Below, piece after piece: positions 46,369-55,535 of a stretch of DNA of 55,535 nt. The position numbers and the translations under genes were made by a program. Positions within the stretch are counted from its first letter, which is position 1, and every line of letters begins with the position of its first letter. Under the pieces are notes generated by a model that ran no database searches, was not told the origin of the DNA, and saw only the letters and a list, made by a program, of their open reading frames with translations. The DNA is taken from positions 62,001 through 117,535 of the IMG/VR virus record IMGVR_UViG_3300009110_000302; one strand, 5' to 3'. Origin of the DNA: an uncultured virus (IMG/VR IMGVR_UViG_3300009110_000302). Its lineage: Duplodnaviria; Heunggongvirae; Uroviricota; Caudoviricetes.

Positions 46369-46581
46369 ATGAAAAGAATATATATATTAATTGCTGTGTT
46401 GTCTATCTTTACGCTAGGCACGGGCTGTAGTACAACTTGCAAGCTTCCTTCTGTAACTTTAGGAGGAGCAGCAAACCAAAAAGCGCTTATTGGCGCTTCT
46501 GCGGGAAAAAAGGGCTTAAATTTAACTGCACCGTTAGTTAATGTTGACGTCCCTTTCCCTTCTGCTTCTGTTGACAAATAA
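46369..46581 (+). CDS. Small lipoprotein
   Basis: MKRIYILIAVLSIFTLGTGC; own TTGTCA...TATAAT promoter and terminator. Confidence 0.55.
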   Translation: MKRIYILIAVLSIFTLGTGCSTTCKLPSVTLGGAANQKALIGASAGKKGLNLTAPLVNVDVPFPSASVDK

Positions 46582-46608
46582 TCCAAAAGACTAGAAGCTC
46601 TATTATAT

Positions 46609-46644
46609 AACCTCGCACCTGAGACATGGTGTGAGGTTTTTTTT
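46609..46644 (+). terminator. Intrinsic terminator
   Basis: AACCTCGCACC...GGTGTGAGGTT then T tract. Confidence 0.75.
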
Positions 46645-46696
46645 ATTTTTTTTATAATTTTAAATATCTTACCGTATAATTGTCGTGTATTTATAG

Positions 46697-47242
46697 GTGG
46701 GGGAAACCCTAGTCTTTATGGATTGCTTAATATTTGAAAACTCAGGTTTAAATGATAATCATGAGTCTCCCGAGGCAGACGGCCGAGCTCGTCAGCAGGA
46801 GGCTATTGATTTTTCTAATTTATTGATTGGCCTTTTTGAGGACGTTTGCGAGGACGTCGAAGAGGTCTCTATAGAAGATTTAAAAAAGGTCTATGTCAAA
46901 GCTGCTCATAACTGCGAGACTGACAAATGCTCGAACATTAACCTTTGGGCTTTAGCTAGAATCAATATGTTTATTAGAATGAAATCTCAGAAAGAAATCA
47001 AGCAAACTTCTGAGTCTTCTTTGAAGCAACCTATATCTAAGATTACCGAGATTCAATTAGAGTCTCCTTTTTTTTATGAAGATTTACAGTCTATCGATAT
47101 CACAGCAAAATGGGAGCCTTCTCCTGAAGACTTTTCTTTAGCAGAGCAGTTCATAAATAAGTATGATTTAAAGTTTACCTTCTCAAGTGTTGATGATCTG
47201 TATATCGAAGAATACAAACCTTTGGAGCTAGAGCTCGAGTAA
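46697..47242 (+). CDS. Hypothetical protein
   Basis: 181-aa acidic ORF before the head genes. Confidence 0.55.
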   Translation: MGETLVFMDCLIFENSGLNDNHESPEADGRARQQEAIDFSNLLIGLFEDVCEDVEEVSIEDLKKVYVKAAHNCETDKCSNINLWALARINMFIRMKSQKEIKQTSESSLKQPISKITEIQLESPFFYEDLQSIDITAKWEPSPEDFSLAEQFINKYDLKFTFSSVDDLYIEEYKPLELELE

Positions 47243-47266
47243 AAGCGGTGTAATTATTATTACGTT

Positions 47267-48784
47267 ATGAAAGATTTTAAATTTAAGACAATTTTTAGTT
47301 CTGAGGTCAAGCCTTTGGTCTCTGAGGAGAAAGATGCTTATTTGGCTTTAGCTGCATTGTCTAACATCGGAGACTTAGTCCCAGACGTAGACACTAATAA
47401 AAATATAGATTTACTACCCGTAGCATTTAACGCTTTTGTAGCTAACAGAGTTAATAAAAATCATGACGTTATCAACACTGAGGCTGCTTTATCCATAGCT
47501 CATCATTTCGTAAATAAACCTATTAATATTGAACACAGTAGAGAGAAGGTTATTGGTACTATCCTAACAGCAGGTTATAGTGAGTTCGGAACAGACAAGC
47601 CTCTTACCGAAGAAGAGGTCAAAGATATGAAGGGCCCCTTCAACGTAACCTTGGGTGGGGTTATTTGGAAAACTGTTAATGAGGAGGTTGCGGCTTTGAT
47701 TGAAGATTCTAGTGATCCTACTAGCGAAAATTATCTTAAGGTGTCGGCTAGTTGGGAGCTAGGTTTTTCTGATTACCAATTAGTAATGATGAGCTCCGAA
47801 GATAAGAATATAGAGAATGGCGAATTTATAACGAATCCAAATATTATCGAAGAGTTGGAAAAAAATTTAAAGAGTTTTGGTGGCGACGGTCTGACCGAAG
47901 ATGGGAAATTCATATATAGACATGTAATTGGCGAGATTGTTCCGCTAGGTATTGGTCTAACTGAAAGCCCAGCTGCTGAAGTAAAGGGCATTGTCACCAA
48001 AAGGGCAGAAGCCAAAAATGTTGTGGAAGAGGAAAAGTCTCCCGTGGAGATCGGATCCGAAAGTATTTCACATGAAAAAGAAAAAAATGTAAAAAATAAA
48101 TACATATCGAGAGATAAAATCATGAAAATTAATAGCATTAATGACATCACGGAAGATTCCATGAAAGAAATGTCTGCTTCTGCTATATCGGATTTCATCC
48201 GAAAAGAGCTCGAGGACGCCTCCGAGAAATTTTCTGCTGAGAAGCAGGGAGTGGAAACTGCTCTTAAGGACGCCGAGGAGAAGCACGAGACTCTTTCAAA
48301 GGATCACGAAGAACTAAAAAATAATATGAAAACTATCCAAGACGAACTAGAAGTTCTTAAAGCTGAAAAGCTTGAGAAAGAACGTCAGGAAGCTTTCAAT
48401 ACCCGCATGGCCTCTTTAGACGAAGAGTACGAACTTAGCGATGAAGATCGTGAAGTGATCGCTTCGGACATTAAGGACATGAATGAAGAGACTTTTGAGG
48501 CTTATTCTAACAAGATGGCCGTTTTACTTTCTGCAAAGAATCGTAAGGCTATTGCTGAAGAAGCTTCTCAGAAAGCTGAAGAAGAAGCGAAAGCTTCCGA
48601 AGCAGAAGAAAAAAATCTAGCTGAGGCTGAAACCGCTACCGAAGAGGTAGTCGAAGAAGTTTTAGAAGAAACTGAGCTTAAAACTGAGGTGCCCGTTAGC
48701 ACTGCTGCCAACGAGCCGACCGTATACGAAAAGTATAAGGCCGCGTTCGATATGGACGGTTTTGAGTTTAAATCACATCGTTAA
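47267..48784 (+). CDS. Prohead protease fused to scaffold-like coiled coil
   Basis: NKNHDVI, FVNKPINIEH...IG, SASWEL, GIGLTESPAA; Glu-rich C-terminal half; upstream of capsid genes. Confidence 0.7.
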   Translation: MKDFKFKTIFSSEVKPLVSEEKDAYLALAALSNIGDLVPDVDTNKNIDLLPVAFNAFVANRVNKNHDVINTEAALSIAHHFVNKPINIEHSREKVIGTILTAGYSEFGTDKPLTEEEVKDMKGPFNVTLGGVIWKTVNEEVAALIEDSSDPTSENYLKVSASWELGFSDYQLVMMSSEDKNIENGEFITNPNIIEELEKNLKSFGGDGLTEDGKFIYRHVIGEIVPLGIGLTESPAAEVKGIVTKRAEAKNVVEEEKSPVEIGSESISHEKEKNVKNKYISRDKIMKINSINDITEDSMKEMSASAISDFIRKELEDASEKFSAEKQGVETALKDAEEKHETLSKDHEELKNNMKTIQDELEVLKAEKLEKERQEAFNTRMASLDEEYELSDEDREVIASDIKDMNEETFEAYSNKMAVLLSAKNRKAIAEEASQKAEEEAKASEAEEKNLAEAETATEEVVEEVLEETELKTEVPVSTAANEPTVYEKYKAAFDMDGFEFKSHR

Positions 48785-48826
48785 AATTTTATGTTTAACT
48801 AAAATTATTAAAGGAAAAAAAATATT

Positions 48827-49390
48827 ATGGCACAATTATTACCATTTAGAGACTACGACGAGCACGACGTTATCAACCTTTTTGCGTTCGATTACGCCGG
48901 GACAACTGTCACTAAGGGCGCTCTTGTGAAGATTAAATCTAGTGCTGGGTGGAATGTCGCTCAGGAACTTGATCAGTCTAATAGCATGGTTGGCTTTAGC
49001 TTAAACAATGTAGTGAGCGATCGCTATGCTGTGCAAGCTAGAGTGGATCTTGCTGGTTCAGGCGATAATCCTCTCGGGATGATGCTCTATGATGTAGCAG
49101 AAACTGATGAAAATGGCGAAAAGCTTATTTATAACCCACGTAAAGCTGCCGAGATGCAGACTACCGTTAGCGGTCAAGCAGTACCAATTCTTACCAAGGG
49201 CATCGTCCTTGTTAATGGAGTTGACGGAACTGTTGCCGAAGGCGGATTAGCCTACTGCGGAACCGGTTCAGCAGACGGTGGAATCACTGCCACCGCTGGT
49301 GGAACTAAAAAGAAGATCGGTCGGTTCTTAGGAACTACCGGAGCGAATGGTGAGGTTCTGCTTCACTTAGACGTCAATATCGATCTCTAA
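48827..49390 (+). CDS. Head decoration/cement protein
   Basis: 187 aa, Gly-rich, between scaffold and major capsid gene. Confidence 0.55.
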   Translation: MAQLLPFRDYDEHDVINLFAFDYAGTTVTKGALVKIKSSAGWNVAQELDQSNSMVGFSLNNVVSDRYAVQARVDLAGSGDNPLGMMLYDVAETDENGEKLIYNPRKAAEMQTTVSGQAVPILTKGIVLVNGVDGTVAEGGLAYCGTGSADGGITATAGGTKKKIGRFLGTTGANGEVLLHLDVNIDL

Positions 49391-49417
49391 TATCATTATT
49401 ATAAAGGAATTAATCTA

Positions 49418-50551
49418 ATGAAATTAAAATTAAAAAACACACCTGAACAGGTTGAATTAGTTAAGGCTCTTGGTTCTAAGGATGCGGCTGTGGCAAGGGA
49501 AGCTCAAGAAGCTTTCGCTGCCTTTATCGGTCCTGTTATCCAAAAGGTTATCAAGCAGTCTGCTACCGCTGGTTTAGTCTACACAGATGTCTCTTATGAT
49601 GAAGACGATAGTCCAAGCTACCCGTTAGACTTGTACTATGATCAATCCGCTGGTCATGTGACTGTATGGTCACAAAGCATGGCTGGAGGTTTACCGACCT
49701 CGCTGACTGAGGGCGTTAAAGAGCTTAAAATCTCTACTTACAGACTTGACGCAGCTATTTCTTGGCTTAAGAAGTATGCTCGCAGAGCTCGTTTGGACGT
49801 AGTTAGTAAAGCTCTTGAGCGTATGTCTCAGGAAGTTTTGTTGAAGCAAGAGCGTAACGCTTGGGCTGTCATTTTGAAAGCTCTAGGCAACTCTAGTTCA
49901 ACTAACTCTGTTGCAGCTAACAATGGTCACATTCTAGCTACCAATCAAGAAAGCAAGTTCTCTGTTGCTGACATCAGTCGCCTGATGACTCACATGAAGA
50001 GAATTAGCGCTTCTTTTGCTAATGGTACTGCTGATCCTTCTGACTCTTTTGGTCTTACTGACCTATATGTGAGTCCTGAGGTTCTTGAGCAGATCCGTGG
50101 CTTCGCTTACAATCCGCTGAACACTGAAGGTTCTTCCGTTGGTGTTATGGGTCTTCCCGATGGCGTACGTGAAGGAGTATGGCGTGGTGCAGGAATGAGC
50201 GAGATCTATGGCGTGGCTATTCATGATCTAGTGGAGCTTGGCTCGAGCAAGAAGTATAATACCTTGTTCAGCACCTTCGCTCAGAACGGAATCGCCCACA
50301 CGTCTGGTACCGCAATTGGTGCTCAAAGCACTAACTTTGCTGACGCCGCTGACGAGATCTTGATCGGTATCGACGCATCTAAGGAAGCCTTCATTCGCCC
50401 TGTGGCAATGAATGCCGACAATGGTGCAACCTTTACCGCACTTCCCGACGACCAATTCGCCCAAAGAGCCGACAAGGTTGGCTTCTATGGCGCTATGGAA
50501 GAGGGTCGTGTTTGCATCGATGCGAGAGCTTGTGCAGGCTTGGTCATGTAA
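49418..50551 (+). CDS. Major capsid protein
   Basis: 377 aa, high-expression codon style, position, HK97-like segments (LYVSPEVLEQIR, KVGFYGAMEEG), strong terminator after. Confidence 0.75.
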   Translation: MKLKLKNTPEQVELVKALGSKDAAVAREAQEAFAAFIGPVIQKVIKQSATAGLVYTDVSYDEDDSPSYPLDLYYDQSAGHVTVWSQSMAGGLPTSLTEGVKELKISTYRLDAAISWLKKYARRARLDVVSKALERMSQEVLLKQERNAWAVILKALGNSSSTNSVAANNGHILATNQESKFSVADISRLMTHMKRISASFANGTADPSDSFGLTDLYVSPEVLEQIRGFAYNPLNTEGSSVGVMGLPDGVREGVWRGAGMSEIYGVAIHDLVELGSSKKYNTLFSTFAQNGIAHTSGTAIGAQSTNFADAADEILIGIDASKEAFIRPVAMNADNGATFTALPDDQFAQRADKVGFYGAMEEGRVCIDARACAGLVM

Positions 50552-50572
50552 GTTGACAACATTCTCAAACAC

Positions 50573-50602
50573 ACTCGGGGCTTCGGCCCCGAGTTTTTTT
50601 TT
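50573..50602 (+). terminator. Intrinsic terminator with cUUCGg tetraloop
   Basis: ACTCGGGGC-TTCG-GCCCCGAGT then T tract. Confidence 0.9.
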
Positions 50603-50660
50603 ATTTTAGGGCTTGGCCCTGTATTATGTGTAAAATATTGAGTAAGGTATAAGGTTTTTA

Positions 50661-52103
50661 ATGATGAAATATAGCGTTCCCAGTCATGACGAAGAATATC
50701 CAAAACGGCAAGAATCTAGGCAAATAGGTGTCCCCGGACAAGAGAAAGTAGAGGTTCTTGCTGATGGAACGATAAAGGCTAAAGCTTTTGTAGATAAAGA
50801 CCATCAAGATCTAGACTATAATTTTGACGAAGAAAAACAAGCTCCCTTTTTTCAAAAAAATATAAACGACTCCTTAAAAATCAAATTTGTTCCAAAATCA
50901 TTTAACGTCTATTATAAGGCTACATGTAAAAAGATTTTTTCTATAATTAATAGTTTCGGAAAATTCATTAACAGGGTTAAAGAAATTCCTCTCGCTGGGA
51001 TGGGGCGATACAAACACGCTCATCGTCTAATACGTAGGGGCATTAAAAAACTTCTTAAAGACAATAAAAGATATATTTTTACAAAAAACGATGTGGGGCG
51101 TGGCCCAACAGCAATCCCTTACGTAGAAAGTAAAACTTTTGGACCTTACAATTATCCAGTTAAATTAAAAGCTAGCTCTGATATAGATTTTATAAGAGAC
51201 ATCATATTAATTAAGACTGGAGGTTTTACCGATAGCTCTTCTCCCAACTATGACTCCACGCAAACAGAGGTCGTTTACGTTAGCCCTCATATAGAAAAAA
51301 GTTTTTCCGGAGTTTTCCATACCAGTACTGGTATCAATTTAAATGGAGACAATAGCATCCAAACTGGACTCGGTTTGGATGATGGCATATCTAGTGGAGT
51401 GAGCATTAATCTTTTGTCTTCCGAAGATTTTTCAATCCCTAGCGGCTCTTATTTAAGCGGTAGTGGAGCTTACAATCATTATATTTCTAGCGATGCAAAT
51501 TCTGCTCCTTCTCTACATGTAGAAACAAACGCTCCATCAAACACCTTATTTAAAGAGTATAACCTAAGTAAGAGAAATTTAAGATTTTCTTCTGATCATT
51601 GGGATGGAGTAATTCCAAGCGGAGCTTGGTTCTCTATAGAGTCTTGGTGTTATAACGATAAATACGTAGGGTTTGATGGTCAAATCGATATAGAACCCGT
51701 AGATCAATCCTTAGGGGTTACAATGAACGAAACCGTGATAGGTAAAGCAGAAGATTCTCGAGGTTACGCAGAAGCTTATTCAACAGCTGAAAAAAAAGCA
51801 GAAAAAGTTTTCTATAAAAAGTTAAATAAAAAACTTATGGATAACGGTTTAAAAAACAAAAAGTCAAGATACAAAAAATACGAATACATGATTTACAAAA
51901 GCGCTCAAGGTTACTTCGATAAAGAGGACCATCAACAGACAAAAGATTACGATTTAAAAAAATCAGCAAACCCGACAGGAGAGAGCTTTGTTTACGTAAC
52001 GCAAGATCAAAAAACCTCCAGTCACACGAATACGAACCGACCAGCTGGCGGTAGCTCTAGTGGTAGCTCCAGTAGTAACTCTGGCGGCAACTCAGGTTAT
52101 TAA
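50661..52103 (+). CDS. Hypothetical (probable virion) protein
   Basis: 480-aa ORF after capsid with GTGTAA motif upstream. Confidence 0.6.
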   Translation: MMKYSVPSHDEEYPKRQESRQIGVPGQEKVEVLADGTIKAKAFVDKDHQDLDYNFDEEKQAPFFQKNINDSLKIKFVPKSFNVYYKATCKKIFSIINSFGKFINRVKEIPLAGMGRYKHAHRLIRRGIKKLLKDNKRYIFTKNDVGRGPTAIPYVESKTFGPYNYPVKLKASSDIDFIRDIILIKTGGFTDSSSPNYDSTQTEVVYVSPHIEKSFSGVFHTSTGINLNGDNSIQTGLGLDDGISSGVSINLLSSEDFSIPSGSYLSGSGAYNHYISSDANSAPSLHVETNAPSNTLFKEYNLSKRNLRFSSDHWDGVIPSGAWFSIESWCYNDKYVGFDGQIDIEPVDQSLGVTMNETVIGKAEDSRGYAEAYSTAEKKAEKVFYKKLNKKLMDNGLKNKKSRYKKYEYMIYKSAQGYFDKEDHQQTKDYDLKKSANPTGESFVYVTQDQKTSSHTNTNRPAGGSSSGSSSSNSGGNSGY

Positions 52104-52114
52104 GAGGACTTTAG

Positions 52115-53746
52115 ATGAAGTATTATAATAAAATCAATAGAAATTTAAAAGTGAGAGCTAGACTCTATTTTAATCAATTGTCTCACAATAGAGTTTTAGA
52201 TACTACCCCAAGATATTTCGTAAAGATAGACTCTTTAAAATCTTTAGAAAGAATCGGGTTCACTCAAAAATCTGAGAATAATCAATACGTTAGGTACGCT
52301 TCGAATTTTTATGGAGCTAAGAAAGAAGAATATTTAAGCCAAAAACAGGTTGAGAACATTTTATTAGATTTAAACTCGAAAGCTCCTTACGGTTATAATA
52401 CTGGAATATCTGGAAGCTTACAAGCCTATAATGATGAAGTAAAATTTAATTCATCTTACCAATCATTTTATAATAATTTTTGGAACGATAATTTAAGTAG
52501 GGTTACAGCAGACGCTTCTGAGCAATATCCATATATGGAAGTAGAATTAAACGAAGTGATTAAAAGTAAATTTTTAGTAAAAGAGCCCGCTTCCTATGCT
52601 GATTATTCACCGCCAGTATCAGAAGATGACGCTTCGTATTATAATCCTAACCTTTCAATAGGGACATATTCTTGTGACGAAAATACCAATATAGTAGTTA
52701 CGACAGGGGTAAGCCCTTTCAGTTTTTATGGTTTTGTCGTAGACGGAATACACAGAACTTCTTTAAATTTAGGAAGAAATAAACAATATACATTTACTAA
52801 TACTAATTTATTTCATCAAGAATCATGTCAAACTGGAGTTTTGCCTTTTAGGATCTCAGAGGGGTCTTCTGACGGGGTTTTAAACGGCGGGAGTACTTAT
52901 ACCTCTGGAGTAAACGTTAGTGGCGCGGGTACCTTAACAGGGGCAGAAGTGCTGGTCCTTACTACTGATGAAAATACTCCAAATTCATTAGGTTATCATT
53001 CTCCTTTATATCCTGATATGGGAGCAAATATAGCTATCTTAGATGGTTGTAGTGGGGTTGCAGGAAGCGTTACTCATCCTTCTTTCACTCCTTACGCAAT
53101 TTGGAATAGCGGGACGGTGCCCTCAACGGATTCTTCTAAAAGGACTGTAGCTTCAACCGGTAATCCAAATCATTGTACGCACAATAGTTCTAGAGGGTGG
53201 ACTGGTTATCCAAACATGGATTCTACTCATGGGATATCAGGACAATCCTATGAATGGGAAATACCTTTAAACCCAGTCCTTCCAGCGAGCGGTCAAAATT
53301 CAAGAGTTCCGCTAGGCGCTATAGGAGTTGCGCTCAACGGCTTACCGTTACATAACGCTTACGATCTTTCTGGGAACGATTTAGTTAATTCAGAATTTAA
53401 GGATAATTGTAATGGTTTTGTTAGTTTCGGTAAGTATATGTATCGTCAAGATCCCATATGTACATATGTTGATGTTTCCGGAGAGCATTCTCCTATAGTT
53501 GGTTATGCTTTTGATGGTTATCCTATTTACGGATCGAGAGACGAAAGCGGAATACATATCGATGAAGACGATTTAGACATGTTCCATGGTCATAATCAAG
53601 AAGGTAGGGGTTACCATTATCATGTAACAACGGGAGCTCCTTATGTTTTAGGCGCATATTATAAAGGGGTTCCAACTTCTGGTAATTTTGAGGATACGAA
53701 TTCTCCTGCTATTACTGGATATCCTATTAAATATAGAAGCCTTTAA
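52115..53746 (+). CDS. YHYH domain protein
   Basis: GAIGVALNG, DNCNG, HSPIVGYAFDGYPIYG, DLDMFHGH, YHYHVT. Confidence 0.85.
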   Translation: MKYYNKINRNLKVRARLYFNQLSHNRVLDTTPRYFVKIDSLKSLERIGFTQKSENNQYVRYASNFYGAKKEEYLSQKQVENILLDLNSKAPYGYNTGISGSLQAYNDEVKFNSSYQSFYNNFWNDNLSRVTADASEQYPYMEVELNEVIKSKFLVKEPASYADYSPPVSEDDASYYNPNLSIGTYSCDENTNIVVTTGVSPFSFYGFVVDGIHRTSLNLGRNKQYTFTNTNLFHQESCQTGVLPFRISEGSSDGVLNGGSTYTSGVNVSGAGTLTGAEVLVLTTDENTPNSLGYHSPLYPDMGANIAILDGCSGVAGSVTHPSFTPYAIWNSGTVPSTDSSKRTVASTGNPNHCTHNSSRGWTGYPNMDSTHGISGQSYEWEIPLNPVLPASGQNSRVPLGAIGVALNGLPLHNAYDLSGNDLVNSEFKDNCNGFVSFGKYMYRQDPICTYVDVSGEHSPIVGYAFDGYPIYGSRDESGIHIDEDDLDMFHGHNQEGRGYHYHVTTGAPYVLGAYYKGVPTSGNFEDTNSPAITGYPIKYRSL

Positions 53747-53751
53747 CATAA

Positions 53752-55535
53752 ATGATTAGTAATGTAAACATTCAAAGTGAATCGATTACAGACATTCTTA
53801 GCGCTCCTCTGGGTGTTCATTATGTTATATACTGTGTTTATTTTTGCAATAAATCAGACACCAAAGAAGAAACGGTTACGATCCATTTAGCTGACGGATC
53901 GACAAGCTCTTTTAATTCAGAGACAACTATACTTAAGGAAGTAATTATCCCCCCGGGGGAGACTTTCGTTTTAGGATCTTCTAAGAAGCTTTCTAACGTT
54001 GTTCATTACATGAAAAAAAGAGGAATTGAAGAAAACAAAATATATTTAAACCCGGGTGAGACTTTGGCCGCCTCCTCTTCTGGCCTTAACGTTGTAGCTT
54101 CTCCTATTTATTATAAGTTTGGTGAGGAAGAAAGGGATAATCCGATAGAAAGCCCTACTCCCACGCCTTCTGTGACCCCTAGCTCTGGAGTAATAAGCGA
54201 GTTTTGTCCTTGTAATCGTAATCCAAATGATCAATATCAATATTCTGATTATGCTCATGTGAATACAGGAAATAATTTTTTCCTAGTCCCTTATAATGAT
54301 ACTATTTCTCCTCATGCAACCTCAGGTAAAACTATATTTAAAGCAGGGGATTGTATTTGGTATAAAACCCGTCCTTTTGGAACAATTGAACATCAAACAC
54401 CTACATGGATCAATAAAGTTGGAAGAGTTGAAGGCCCTGTGTATCATGGAAACGATCCTTATTATAAAATAATTTTATATGAAAGACTTCCAGAGAGATT
54501 AGTAGTCGGAACTCAAATTTATAGATGTGACTCTTCGGTTCACGGGCTTACCCCAACCCCGACAAGCTCTATTACTCCCACGCCTTCTGTAACGCCCTCA
54601 AAAGTAACCCCGAGTGCAACCCCTACAAATAGTACGACCCCGAGCGCGACTCCGAGCGTGACTCCAAGCAATACTCCTACTAATAGTAGAACCCCAACTA
54701 CAACACCAACTCCTACAGCATCTGAACCGGTTCTCGGATGCGAAATTGAAGTAAGCGGTGCTCCTATCTCAATTATTAATGGGCTATACGAGCCAGCTGG
54801 TACACATAACGTATGGGGGTCAACTAGAACCTATTATCGCCAAGTTTGGCCCGAGAACACCCCCTCCAAGGCTGGAGCGCACGAATCTCGTTACTTTAAA
54901 ATGTGGCACGATTCCGTTCGGTGGATTGTCGGTCGATTTCTGGGTACACCGGGGTTGGGAAACGAATGGATCCAATCCCAAGATACGCAAGCTGTACATC
55001 CTTGGAGCGCGCCTTGGGGGCATTCATACCCTCTGCCTTCTTGGGGCACCTCTGTATCGCAAGTTATCTGTCCAACCCCGAGCGTGACCCCAAGCGTGAC
55101 CCCGACCAATACCCCTACGAATAGCGTTACTCCGAGTAATACTCCGAGCGTTAGCCTAAGCAGTAGCCCGGGTAGTTCCCCAAGTAATACCCCGAGTAAT
55201 ACTCCAAGTAATACTCCAAGTAATACTCCAAGTAATACTCCAAGCAATACCCCGAGTAATACTCCAAGTAGTACCCCGAGTATAACGCCTACGTCTTCTA
55301 TGACTCTTTGTTCTTGCACTCCTGCTGCATGGCACCCTGACTCGTCTATAGCAGATCCAGCACCTCATGATTTGTACGAAGCCGCCTCTGGAAATTCCGG
55401 CTCCCATACGATCGAAATGCCGTGGGGCACGGTAGCAGCACCGGGGCACGTCCATCCAGTTTTAAAAGAAGGGGATTGTGTTTATTTCCGTCAGCCAAGC
55501 GGGCCGAACCCTAATGGTAGGTTTGGTAACGGTCC
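53752..55535 (+). CDS. Large Thr/Pro/Ser-rich modular protein, 3' truncated (not in ORF track)
   Basis: Frame open from ATG 53752 (MISNVNIQSESITDIL...) to window end; TP/TPSN linkers separate Cys-flanked domains. Confidence 0.8.
   Translation, partial: MISNVNIQSESITDILSAPLGVHYVIYCVYFCNKSDTKEETVTIHLADGSTSSFNSETTILKEVIIPPGETFVLGSSKKLSNVVHYMKKRGIEENKIYLNPGETLAASSSGLNVVASPIYYKFGEEERDNPIESPTPTPSVTPSSGVISEFCPCNRNPNDQYQYSDYAHVNTGNNFFLVPYNDTISPHATSGKTIFKAGDCIWYKTRPFGTIEHQTPTWINKVGRVEGPVYHGNDPYYKIILYERLPERLVVGTQIYRCDSSVHGLTPTPTSSITPTPSVTPSKVTPSATPTNSTTPSATPSVTPSNTPTNSRTPTTTPTPTASEPVLGCEIEVSGAPISIINGLYEPAGTHNVWGSTRTYYRQVWPENTPSKAGAHESRYFKMWHDSVRWIVGRFLGTPGLGNEWIQSQDTQAVHPWSAPWGHSYPLPSWGTSVSQVICPTPSVTPSVTPTNTPTNSVTPSNTPSVSLSSSPGSSPSNTPSNTPSNTPSNTPSNTPSNTPSNTPSSTPSITPTSSMTLCSCTPAAWHPDSSIADPAPHDLYEAASGNSGSHTIEMPWGTVAAPGHVHPVLKEGDCVYFRQPSGPNPNGRFGNG
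55180..55281 (+). repeat. 12-bp coding tandem repeat (TPSN)n
   Basis: ACTCCAAGTAAT and variants, about 8 units. Confidence 0.85.

Noticed and set aside
54891..55455. Minus-strand (GVLL)n and (WSIT)n ORFs
   Set aside because: Shadows of the + strand TPSN repeat in the 53752 ORF.
1..55535. Alternative genetic code or introns/inteins in core genes
   Set aside because: Ligase, rIIA, TerL, portal and capsid are uninterrupted and of normal length in the standard code; all three stop codons are used.

Overview
This is a 55.5 kb slice of a large tailed dsDNA phage genome, almost all on the + strand, and no host housekeeping context is visible. The host cannot be read directly; lipoproteins and sigma54-like boxes suggest a diderm bacterium. 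(1) 1-18.4 kb holds DNA metabolism and middle genes: end of an ornithine cyclodeaminase-like gene, HNH nuclease, glycosyltransferase, HhH glycosylase, ATP-dependent ligase, sigma70, tRNA-Leu(UAA), rIIA, rIIB, RuvB-like ATPase and an AT-rich candidate origin. (2) 18.4-29.8 kb is an accessory region. It opens with a promoter-driven, terminated, highly structured ~480-nt noncoding RNA, followed by small-gene cassettes separated by eight 39-bp dyad elements. Each element has a sigma54-like -24/-12 box in one arm and four have an adjacent DnaA-box-like 9-mer. A second palindrome overlaps upstream stop codons and leads into a -10 box and ATG. (3) 29.9-55.5 kb is the late region: GT25, two sulfotransferases, PhoH, ClpP, second sigma-like factor, ERCC4 nuclease, terminase, portal, tubulin/FtsZ homologue, membrane/lipoprotein cluster, prohead protease/scaffold, capsid, YHYH protein and a truncated Thr-Pro-Ser-rich protein. 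Four promoter motif classes are readable. All calls come from motif recognition by eye; no database search or folding program was run.
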